Both the position numbers and the translations under genes were made by a program. Under the pieces are notes generated by a model that ran no database searches, had not been told where the DNA came from, and was given only the letters and a program-made list of their open reading frames with translations. A stretch of DNA of 64,000 bases from Candidatus Campbellbacteria bacterium. Lineage in GTDB: Bacteria; Patescibacteriota; Minisyncoccia; Phycocordibacterales; UBA1006. This document shows positions 1 through 7,755 of the stretch, piece by piece (within the stretch, counting starts at the first letter, position 1; the number at the start of each line of letters is the position of its first letter). The stretch lies in assembly GCA_002698305.1 (NCBI GenBank), contig NZWR01000003.1, forward strand, positions 10,794 through 74,793, read 5' to 3'.

Positions 1-368
1 GCAATAGTTCCAAGAACATCATCAGCCTCATAGCCTTCAGCATCATAAGTTGGAATAGCCAATGCATCACAAATATCACGTGTTGGTGTAAATTGCAGTT
101 TCAAAGCGTCGTCAGTTTCAGAACGACCTCCCTTGTATGCCTCAAAGGCTTCATGGCGGAACGTTTTCCCTGGCAGGTCATAACATGCAACAATATGATC
201 AGGTTGAAACTCATCAATAATTTTCAATACCATTGTTCCAAATCCATAAATGGCACCTGTCGGTCTTCCGTCACTTGTCATAAAATCAGGCATAGCATGA
301 TAAGCGCGGTGAATAATAGCATGAGCATCAAGGAGCACGAGAAGTTCTTTCTTAGGAGTTTTTTTCAT
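1..368 (-). CDS. polA: DNA polymerase I / 5'-3' exonuclease domain, N-terminal part (CDS runs off left edge)
   Basis: Own minus-strand translation from ATG at 368: MKKTPKKELLVLLDAHAIIHRAYHAMPDFMTSDGRPTGAIYGFGTMVLKIIDEFQPDHIVACYDLPGKTFRHEAFEAYKGGR...GYEADDVLGTI. This is the classic FEN-type 5'-3' exonuclease signature. It is absent from the ORF track because the ORF is open-ended. Confidence 0.85.
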   Translation of the reverse strand, partial: MKKTPKKELLVLLDAHAIIHRAYHAMPDFMTSDGRPTGAIYGFGTMVLKIIDEFQPDHIVACYDLPGKTFRHEAFEAYKGGRSETDDALKLQFTPTRDICDALAIPTYDAEGYEADDVLGTI

Positions 369-420
369 ACGCTTATTATAGCACGCAGCATCTTCCCATA
401 TTAAAAGCCACATTACGTGA

Positions 421-864
421 CTATGTTATTTGTATGGCTCTCTCTTTTTGGTTTTCTGATAGCTGAAAAGACAGCGTTCTCGCTGCAGACCCCTGATCAA
501 CTCCCTCTACCATTTCGGGCCATTCGACAAGAATAAGAGTGTGCGGGTCTCTGAGATAGCTGTCCCATTTTAAATACTCAAGCTCGGATTTATTATTTAA
601 GCGATAGGCGTCAATATGCACGAGGCGCTGTATCCATGAATGATTGGTCTCCTGATATTCTTTCATAACAACAAAGGTAGGGCTTGTTACTGTTTCTTGA
701 ATACCTAAAACATGTGCAATTTTTTTTGCGAACGCTGTTTTACCTGAACCCAAGTCCCCCTTCAAAAAAAGCAGCTGTGCTGTAGGAGCCTTTTTCATCG
801 AACTCACACATTCTTTTGCCAATGCTTCTAGCTGATTAAGGTTTGAGATTTTTTTCTCTATCAT
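421..864 (-). CDS. tsaE: tRNA t6A37 biosynthesis ATPase TsaE (YjeE family)
   Basis: P-loop LKGDLGSGKTAFAKKIAHVLGI and the TSPTFVVMKEY motif. Start moved to M17 (ATG 864): the longer ORF overlaps the upstream terminator hairpin, and a TATAGT box (871-876) lies 6 nt upstream of ATG 864. Confidence 0.8.
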   Translation of the reverse strand: MIEKKISNLNQLEALAKECVSSMKKAPTAQLLFLKGDLGSGKTAFAKKIAHVLGIQETVTSPTFVVMKEYQETNHSWIQRLVHIDAYRLNNKSELEYLKWDSYLRDPHTLILVEWPEMVEGVDQGSAARTLSFQLSENQKERAIQIT

Positions 865-880
865 ATAAATACTATACACA

Positions 881-907
881 AAAAAACACCTTCGAGGTGT
901 TTTTTTG
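881..907 (-). terminator. rho-independent terminator of the 1009-aa surface protein gene
   Basis: Hairpin ACACCT-tcg-AGGTGT flanked by an A-run and a T-run, immediately after the stop at 920. Confidence 0.75.
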
Positions 908-919
908 TGCACTTATTTA

Positions 920-3900
920 TTAACGGTTAGGTCGGTATGGTTCATAGTAATTTCCATTTCCTCCACCGTTTTGAGGTGCTGAATTTCCATAATTTTGAGG
1001 TGCTGCGTACGGTTGCGCTGGTGCTGCCGGTTGACCTGGTTGCATCGGCATTCCTGGTGCTGCGTATGGATTATAATTATTTGCATATGCTTGTGCTCGT
1101 AATTCCTCACGCTCTAGGTACAGCCATCGCGCTACCAAGAAGATAATGAAGAGCCCGAGAATAATCACCAACCATCCAAGGAAGGTAATATTTGCTAGTC
1201 CGAATACAGAAGCTGTTTGCCCTGCAATTCGAACACCATATTCATCGGTATCAAAATCAAGAGCATTTTCTTGTGCATCATTAATTGGATTATCGTAGGC
1301 CATTACTGCTTCTGCAGTAAAGAGATCGCCAACGTTTCCACTAACAACAACTGCAGATACTGTCATTTCTCCATTTTCACCTGCATCAAGATCATCAATG
1401 GTATACAGAACCACATTTCGGTCTGCATCAATTCGTCCACGTGAACTTGAAATTACCTGCATGTCGCTTGGGATTGTAATCTTCAAATCAAGATCATCAA
1501 GGTCAATTTGTGAAATATTTTCCCATTCAATAAGATAGGTTACATTTTCTCCTTCGGTAACAACCTCGCGGTTATCATCAATTTCAAGACGTACCAAAGA
1601 AAGCCCAAGACCAAGTGATGCTAGATCAATATCGTCATCATCATCGTCAACAATAATAATTGGTGGCTGTGAGATAACCACCCCTCCACTATTTGTAGTG
1701 AAACATTTTGTTGAACCTCGGTCTGTTCCAAACTGCGTATTAATCACGGCTCGGATACAGTAGTTTTGTCCCGCCGCAAGACTCGTAAAGCTGTGCGTAC
1801 ATGAACCAACTCCTGTTACGCTATAGGCTCTAGTTTGACTTCCTAGACTTGATGTTCGTCCGTATTCAAAGTAACACGATCCTGAACCACCATTAGCAGT
1901 ATAGGTTCCGTTGAGCGTAGCTGAGCTTGTTGTAATATTTGTTGGATTATCTGTAAGAATAAATGGAGATTGTCCGGTAGGAATAGTGCTTCCTTGTGTT
2001 CGGAATGTCCGTGTATTTCCACATTCATCTTCAGCACAGCCGCGGTACACGTAGGTAGTGTTTGGTGTAAGACCGGTTACCCGCGTACAGAACTGTCCTT
2101 CACGTCTGTCACGTGATGGTGTCTGCGTATAGCTTCCACCGTTTGATCGCCTGAATTCAATATATGTTTCAACTGAATCTCCACCGTCCTCAATAAGGTC
2201 AGCACACATTTCAGCTGTTGTTTGTGTAACGTTTCGCGGAAGTAATGTTTCGATTTCTAAATCATCATTATTATTTCCCCCATCATCATCGTCATCGGTT
2301 GTAAATTCCTCTACATTACCACACTCAAGTGTCTCACCATTATCGTCATATTCTACACAAATTCGATAGTAATATGTTTCATCTTCATCAAGACCATAAA
2401 CGTCATACGGGAAGTCATCGTCTCCGTCAAAATTACTTTCAACAATTGCTGCTTGCAGATCTTGTCCGTCTTCTTCAATGTCGGTAAACTCATTTTCATC
2501 CTCAACGTCTTCTACCTTATCTTCATCTTGTCCCCATACATAGAAAACGATTCCGTTATCAAAGTCGTTCATGTCAACACGTCCATTTAATTCTGCAGAA
2601 TCTTCGTCTACATCATCTTCATTAAGTGTTTCTGCATTGGGTTCATCATCTGATGGATCAGGGTTTCCCCCATCATCATCAGTCTCAAAACTTTTTAGGC
2701 TCCCTGAAGCAATTTGTCCCGAGAATCCCATTTCCTGGGCACACGCACGATAATAATAGGTTTGCTCTGAGGCAAGTCCTGTCCGCAGGTTATCAAAACT
2801 ATATTGTGCATTAAACGGTGCTTGACCTCCTGTAAAGAAGATAGGGGCTCCGGTATTACAGTTAGCGTCTGAGGTTGATGTTCCAAACACAAAGAAAAGT
2901 GATTGGGCCGTTCCCTCAATAAGAGTTCCATTCAGTCGTGCTGAATCTTGGTCGATATTTGTTGGGTTATCAGTTCGAACAATAAAATCACCTGGGTCGA
3001 CAATGACAACATCATCATCGGTTGTGAAGGTTCGGACACTTCCGTTAATACCATTATTAAGACATGCTCGGTATCGGTAGGTTGTTTCAGATTGTAATCC
3101 TGTTTCAGTTACGCTGAAATTTTGACCAGCATCATATGAACCTGATACATCAACACGTTGTGATGATGAAGAACAATTTGGATTTGTTCCAGTAGTAAGT
3201 GCGAACCATACTTGCTCATTATTTCCTTCAATCACTTCACCATTCAGTCGTGCTGAATCTTCATCAACATTTGTTGCTCCATTCGTTTGAACTTCTGGGT
3301 CCGGATCTGGATCAATGACAACCTCCGTGTTGGTGATTTTATACTTCACTGCGATTGAACCTTGTGCACACCAGCTTCCTCCTAGGGTCGCAAGATCACC
3401 AAGATACTGCCCTCCACTTGTAAATAAATTGCTGTTGGTATTTACATTGTAGTCGTAGGCTGCGGGACAGGTTACTCCTTGCTGAACGGTTCCTCCATGT
3501 TCATTTTGGATTTCTCCGTCAACGAATTCAATATCATATGAACCCGGTAAACCATTTACTGTCACGGAGTCCGTAATAGGATTTGCATTTTGTGCATTCA
3601 GCTTTGTCGTAAAGGTATAACTTGGATCATTATCAGAATCATCCTCAGTAAAGTAGATTCCTCGCGCATTGATGACATCTTCATTTGAATTTCGAAGTGC
3701 CATAAAGTCAGTAAAGACCGTAACATATCCGACGTCTCCTGGCTGATCAATATCAAGTGATACAGAGGTGTATTGCCCTCCACAATCAACACAGGTTTGC
3801 CCTGCTCCAGACTCAATAATTGAGGTAATCCCGATGTTTGCAGGACTTGGATTAGGGTCAAAACTTGCCGCATCTGCAAAAGCCGCTGTACCAAAAAGTA

Positions 3901-3949
3901 CTGCGAATACCGCAAAAGTTTTAAGTAGTTGTGTAAAAAAGTTTTTCAT
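920..3949 (-). CDS. giant cell-surface protein: signal peptide, five tandem Fn3-like repeats, acidic linkers, DUF11/CARDB-like domain, C-terminal TM anchor and Pro/Gln/Asn-rich cytoplasmic tail
   Basis: N-terminal signal MKNFFTQLLKTFAVFAVLFGTAAFADA. Repeats recur as ..D(E/Q)DSARLNG..(60-80 aa)..TYYYRAC. Poly-D linkers are present. TM segment ITFLGWLVIILGLFIIFLVARWLYL is followed by a low-complexity tail. Confidence 0.8.
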   Translation of the reverse strand: MKNFFTQLLKTFAVFAVLFGTAAFADAASFDPNPSPANIGITSIIESGAGQTCVDCGGQYTSVSLDIDQPGDVGYVTVFTDFMALRNSNEDVINARGIYFTEDDSDNDPSYTFTTKLNAQNANPITDSVTVNGLPGSYDIEFVDGEIQNEHGGTVQQGVTCPAAYDYNVNTNSNLFTSGGQYLGDLATLGGSWCAQGSIAVKYKITNTEVVIDPDPDPEVQTNGATNVDEDSARLNGEVIEGNNEQVWFALTTGTNPNCSSSSQRVDVSGSYDAGQNFSVTETGLQSETTYRYRACLNNGINGSVRTFTTDDDVVIVDPGDFIVRTDNPTNIDQDSARLNGTLIEGTAQSLFFVFGTSTSDANCNTGAPIFFTGGQAPFNAQYSFDNLRTGLASEQTYYYRACAQEMGFSGQIASGSLKSFETDDDGGNPDPSDDEPNAETLNEDDVDEDSAELNGRVDMNDFDNGIVFYVWGQDEDKVEDVEDENEFTDIEEDGQDLQAAIVESNFDGDDDFPYDVYGLDEDETYYYRICVEYDDNGETLECGNVEEFTTDDDDDGGNNNDDLEIETLLPRNVTQTTAEMCADLIEDGGDSVETYIEFRRSNGGSYTQTPSRDRREGQFCTRVTGLTPNTTYVYRGCAEDECGNTRTFRTQGSTIPTGQSPFILTDNPTNITTSSATLNGTYTANGGSGSCYFEYGRTSSLGSQTRAYSVTGVGSCTHSFTSLAAGQNYCIRAVINTQFGTDRGSTKCFTTNSGGVVISQPPIIIVDDDDDDIDLASLGLGLSLVRLEIDDNREVVTEGENVTYLIEWENISQIDLDDLDLKITIPSDMQVISSSRGRIDADRNVVLYTIDDLDAGENGEMTVSAVVVSGNVGDLFTAEAVMAYDNPINDAQENALDFDTDEYGVRIAGQTASVFGLANITFLGWLVIILGLFIIFLVARWLYLEREELRAQAYANNYNPYAAPGMPMQPGQPAAPAQPYAAPQNYGNSAPQNGGGNGNYYEPYRPNR

Positions 3950-4006
3950 AATAATGTAAATGATTTGTGTGAAATAAAAAATAATAATGTTCGACGTTAT
4001 ATATAA

Positions 4007-4034
4007 ATAATATCATATTTAAATATATTGTCAA
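4007..4034 (-). promoter_or_regulatory. sigma70-type promoter of the 920-3949 gene
   Basis: Minus-strand TTGACA (4029-4034), 16 nt, TATTAT (4007-4012), about 50 nt upstream of the ATG. Confidence 0.55.
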
Positions 4035-4166
4035 GTATTTTCATACTTCAGGAATCAATGGTTCGCATTAATTTCTGAATCATAAAAATATGTAATTGTT
4101 GCCCAGAGAGAGTGCAGACCCTCGCTATACAAAGTATAGCGTAGAATCTGCTCTTCTAGGGCTTTT

Positions 4167-5261
4167 TTAGCCTCCGCCAAATAATGATATTCGTATCCCG
4201 CCCGGACTACTGTTGTAATGTAGATTACCAAAACTTGAGCCACCAAAATTCGATGAGTTTTGATTAAGGTTAAAAATTAACCCAACATCATCACCCGGGT
4301 TATAGTCACCTGGACCTGGATCCTCATCCTCTGGAGTATTTGGATCAAAAGGGTCATCTCCTCCATTAGCTAAGGCGTCAATGCCATAGTAGGCTCCTGT
4401 CGATAACGCAGCACCTCCTAAAATAAATGCTCCTACTCTAGCTACAGATGGGCCTTCAAAACATCTTCGTGCTTTTCTTCTGTCAGGCCCATACGGAATG
4501 GTTCTTTCGTTAAAGGCTGTTCTCGAATCAGTTTGCTGCCATAAGCGGTAGGCTTCTGGGTACTTTTGTGCCCACATTGTCTGACAACTGTTTAGAATGT
4601 ACTGAGTGCGGTACTTAGTCGTTTCTACGGGAATATTTTTAGCATCAACTGCCAAATTCCCTGTCATTACCACCGGTTGTGTTCTAGAAACAGTAGGTGT
4701 TCCAAGTTCTGCTGGAGTATAGCGAATACCATTATCAAAATCTTTGTTTCCAGATTCATAGAATAATTGATTATCCTGATTCTGATTGTTTGGATTTTGG
4801 TATTCATATCCTGTTATCAGCGTACCTTCGCAGTTGTCGGTTACCGTAAAAGGTACTTTTCTCTTTATTGGGTTACCACATCCTGCCGGAGCCTCAAATC
4901 CATCGCTTAGCCTGGTTACTATCCAATGACCAAAATTGGTCTCTACAAGGAATGTTCCTTTTTCTCCTAAATAGTCATAGGTTTGGTTTCTCCCTCGTGA
5001 CAGATCCATATCAACCCACATTGCTGCTCCTGGACTACGTACCTGATATCCAGGGACGTTTTTCCAATCACCAACAAATTTGGCATCATATACATCTTCC
5101 ATAAGCGCAACCATAACAGGGTCTGATTTTCTCAGCTCTATATAATTAGCTCGTGAGGTCAAGTTTGCAGTGTTTTGGATTAGCTCGCTGCGGCAAATTT
5201 CCTGCGCTACTGCAGTGCCTGAAAAGACAATAATAAGTAGCAAAAATAGCATTTTTTTCAT
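4167..5261 (-). CDS. secreted/membrane-anchored hypothetical protein (signal peptide, C-proximal TM, Gly/Asn/Asp/Pro-rich tail)
   Basis: Signal MKKMLFLLLIIVFSGTAVAQE, hydrophobic VGAFILGGAALSTGAYYGI, then a low-complexity tail. Has its own promoter. Confidence 0.65.
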   Translation of the reverse strand: MKKMLFLLLIIVFSGTAVAQEICRSELIQNTANLTSRANYIELRKSDPVMVALMEDVYDAKFVGDWKNVPGYQVRSPGAAMWVDMDLSRGRNQTYDYLGEKGTFLVETNFGHWIVTRLSDGFEAPAGCGNPIKRKVPFTVTDNCEGTLITGYEYQNPNNQNQDNQLFYESGNKDFDNGIRYTPAELGTPTVSRTQPVVMTGNLAVDAKNIPVETTKYRTQYILNSCQTMWAQKYPEAYRLWQQTDSRTAFNERTIPYGPDRRKARRCFEGPSVARVGAFILGGAALSTGAYYGIDALANGGDDPFDPNTPEDEDPGPGDYNPGDDVGLIFNLNQNSSNFGGSSFGNLHYNSSPGGIRISLFGGG

Positions 5262-5288
5262 TTTGTTTTGTTTATATGGTTTGTATAA

Positions 5289-5317
5289 AAAATATCAATA
5301 AATTATAGATTTGTCAA
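5289..5317 (-). promoter_or_regulatory. sigma70-type promoter of the 4167-5261 gene
   Basis: Minus-strand TTGACA (5312-5317), 17 nt, TATTTT (5289-5294). Two DnaA-box-like 9-mers (5331-5348) lie just upstream. Confidence 0.5.
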
Positions 5318-5351
5318 TTAATTAGGCTCTTTATCCACAATTTCCACAAGT

Positions 5352-5380
5352 AAAAAACCAGCTTATTTCTAAGCTGGTTT
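5352..5380 (-). terminator. rho-independent terminator of the 5409-6494 gene
   Basis: AACCAGCTT-atttct-AAGCTGGTT hairpin followed by a T-run on the minus strand. Confidence 0.75.
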
Positions 5381-5408
5381 AGGTGTTGCATCAAGCAATC
5401 ATTTAGTT

Positions 5409-6494
5409 TTACATACGACCACGAATTCGACTCGAGAGAATCCCCTGTCGTCGAGTGTTAATCGTTTGTCCACTGTAACTGCGCCCACTATTACCTACTC
5501 CTGGATCTGGACTAGCTGGGGTATTAATTCCTCCGCCAGTGTTACCACTATTGTTATTTCCAGAGCCACCAGTATTTGGATTACCATCCGTGTCTTCTCC
5601 AGCATCATACCCTCCGTCTTCTCCATCATATGGATCTTCATCCACTGGGGTGACAGGGTTATTTCTCGGATTTTCTACTGCATTTTTTACCGCCTGCCTT
5701 TTTGTTAAGAAGTATACACCTCCAACTAAAATAGCAGTTTTCAAGAAATCTTCAGCAAATTCAACACCACATCCGGCACGTTCTGATTTAGAAAGTTCAG
5801 GAATAAAAGCAATTGATTTATATTTTAGCTTGAGTTCTGCAAGGTCTCTATTGAAACCCTTCACTCCGCTAGAAATACCAAAAAGTTTGTTATCACAATT
5901 GTAATACTTTCGTTCAAGACGTCCATAAGCAATCATACCTGCCTCAAAATCCACATTAGGCTTTGATTCAATAATACGAACCTCGGTTTTTTCTATAATC
6001 CTTTCGTTGGTATAGCTTGGTCCACCTGTTCCAGTATTTGCTGGTCCAGGTTGGTAATAACCAGGATTATTGTTGTATGGTGTTGAATTATTGCCATTGT
6101 TTACGTGAGTAATTTGGGCAGTGTTTCCAACAAACTTGATATCAGCACCTCTGTTACCGCACTTAGCGATATACCAGATACTGCTACCTTTAAAGTTCCA
6201 TTTTTTGGCGCCGGGAAGATTAATCCAGTTTCGATTATGATTCGCATACTGACCTTCTGCAAATTTTACAAAAGCAGAAACATCAAGAATCTCTACGATA
6301 ACTGAGTGTGATTGGTTTCCAACAGTAATAGTATAGGTTCCAGCTTCGTGTATGTTTTTGTAAACATATTCAGAAATCTGACCTTCTACACCATTATTCC
6401 AATTTGCACCTTCGACAGGGCTTCCAATGCCATTTTGAGCATTTGAATGTAATGATAGTAACATTGCAGTTACAAAAATTATTAACGTTTTCAT
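5409..6494 (-). CDS. secreted/membrane-anchored hypothetical protein, same architecture as 4167-5261 (possible distant paralogue)
   Basis: Signal MKTLIIFVTAMLLSLHSNAQ, TM AILVGGVYFLT, Gly/Asn/Asp/Pro-rich tail. Shares short motifs with the neighbour (W.N.PG, CGN) by eye only. Confidence 0.65.
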   Translation of the reverse strand: MKTLIIFVTAMLLSLHSNAQNGIGSPVEGANWNNGVEGQISEYVYKNIHEAGTYTITVGNQSHSVIVEILDVSAFVKFAEGQYANHNRNWINLPGAKKWNFKGSSIWYIAKCGNRGADIKFVGNTAQITHVNNGNNSTPYNNNPGYYQPGPANTGTGGPSYTNERIIEKTEVRIIESKPNVDFEAGMIAYGRLERKYYNCDNKLFGISSGVKGFNRDLAELKLKYKSIAFIPELSKSERAGCGVEFAEDFLKTAILVGGVYFLTKRQAVKNAVENPRNNPVTPVDEDPYDGEDGGYDAGEDTDGNPNTGGSGNNNSGNTGGGINTPASPDPGVGNSGRSYSGQTINTRRQGILSSRIRGRM

Positions 6495-6644
6495 TGTGTA
6501 AGAGATTTAAATTTAAATGAGATAGGCTATCTAACTCCACTCATCTCACAATCAATAAATATATAAAATGAGTGGAGCCAGGTAGATTTACGCATTGTAA
6601 ACCTCTTACTGAAAACAAATTGTAAAGAACTTGACTCCATAGTT

Positions 6645-6673
6645 AATATATCATTTAATTAATAATTTGTCAA
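6645..6673 (-). promoter_or_regulatory. sigma70-type promoter of the 5409-6494 gene, with a ~140-nt hairpin-containing leader
   Basis: Minus-strand TTGACA (6668-6673), 17 nt, TATATT (6645-6650). The leader contains a 10-bp stem, 6535-6544 paired with 6568-6577. Confidence 0.6.
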
Positions 6674-6678
6674 GTCAA

Positions 6679-6709
6679 AAAGCCCTCTTCATTTCTGAAT
6701 AAGGGCTTT
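6679..6709 (-). terminator. terminator of the lipoprotein gene 6729-7622
   Basis: AAAGCCCT...AGGGCTTT hairpin just downstream of the stop. Confidence 0.65.
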
Positions 6710-6728
6710 GCTGGGTTTATAAGCATTT

Positions 6729-7622
6729 TTAATATTGATTTTTAGGATCTTTTTTGACCTCTCTGTCTTTCCCGTAGAATTCATCCTTGATCTCTGGGCA
6801 AAACTCAATCTTGTCCAATGCTATTTGTGCAGTTACTTCATCTATTTCACGATACCCATTAGGTGCAGGTGAAATATACGTACCACCAGGGCCTCGTAAT
6901 AATCCAGACTCGTCAGCCCCGTACGTTTGCGCAGCTTCCAGATTATTAACGGTTAATAACCTCATATAATATCGCCCAACGTCACGACCTAATGGGTCGT
7001 TAAATTGGATTTTTTTATATGGTACTATTTGACCATTTTGGTTTCGCATTAAATATCCTGACCCTAAGGGAGCAAAATTAATGCGGGCGTACCCTTCAGG
7101 GTCTGGCCTGATATCATATCCAGATGAAGCACGTTCATTAGGGGTTGTTTCATCAAACATCAGCTTAGTCGGTGAATTTGGGACAGTTACTACTTCCCAA
7201 TCAACCGGTAGCTCTTTGTTATCTCCTGCAATAATCTCCCCGTTACTTCCTCTTACGTATTTAAGTGGGTACGAAACAGTAATAACGCGGGGTACCCCTG
7301 GCGCAATCTCACCGCTCGTTGCGGTAATGCTTCCATCTTGATTAGGTTCAACTGTTTTACGGACAATATCGGGAACAATATCGCCGTTTTCAACGCGTAG
7401 ATTGTCCTTTTGTGTAAACGTAAAGCCGGTGCTGTTACTGACATCGCATTGGGTCAAAATCGGCGCAAGAAATTCTTGTTCGATAGTCGACGTTGTCAAA
7501 ATGTATTCAGTACAGTTATCTTCCTGTGGTAGCTCATTTGAAACAACTACTGATTTTGTAGGGTTACACGAGATACCAACAAGAAGTACTAGTAGGGCGA
7601 AAAAATTACCTATATTTTTCAT
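6729..7622 (-). CDS. putative lipoprotein, function unknown
   Basis: N-terminus MKNIGNFFALLVLLVGISC has a lipobox-like ..VGISC. No recognisable catalytic motif. Confidence 0.6.
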   Translation of the reverse strand: MKNIGNFFALLVLLVGISCNPTKSVVVSNELPQEDNCTEYILTTSTIEQEFLAPILTQCDVSNSTGFTFTQKDNLRVENGDIVPDIVRKTVEPNQDGSITATSGEIAPGVPRVITVSYPLKYVRGSNGEIIAGDNKELPVDWEVVTVPNSPTKLMFDETTPNERASSGYDIRPDPEGYARINFAPLGSGYLMRNQNGQIVPYKKIQFNDPLGRDVGRYYMRLLTVNNLEAAQTYGADESGLLRGPGGTYISPAPNGYREIDEVTAQIALDKIEFCPEIKDEFYGKDREVKKDPKNQY

Positions 7623-7656
7623 TATTTATTGTTTTAAAGTTAATTCTATTTTGTAT

Positions 7657-7686
7657 AGAATATACCAAAAATTATTAACTTGTCAA
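7657..7686 (-). promoter_or_regulatory. sigma70-type promoter of the lipoprotein gene
   Basis: Minus-strand TTGACA (7681-7686), 18 nt, TATTCT (7657-7662). Confidence 0.45.
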
Positions 7687-7755
7687 TATCTTTATTTGTA
7701 ATTTTTGTTCGTTGGGGATTACTAAAACATTCTTGTGAGAAAAGAAAAAACTGCT

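Noticed and set aside
93-404. 103-aa plus-strand ORF from the track
   Set aside because: It lies antisense to a clearly recognisable polA 5'-3' exonuclease reading frame (minus strand, ATG at 368) and its composition is not protein-like.
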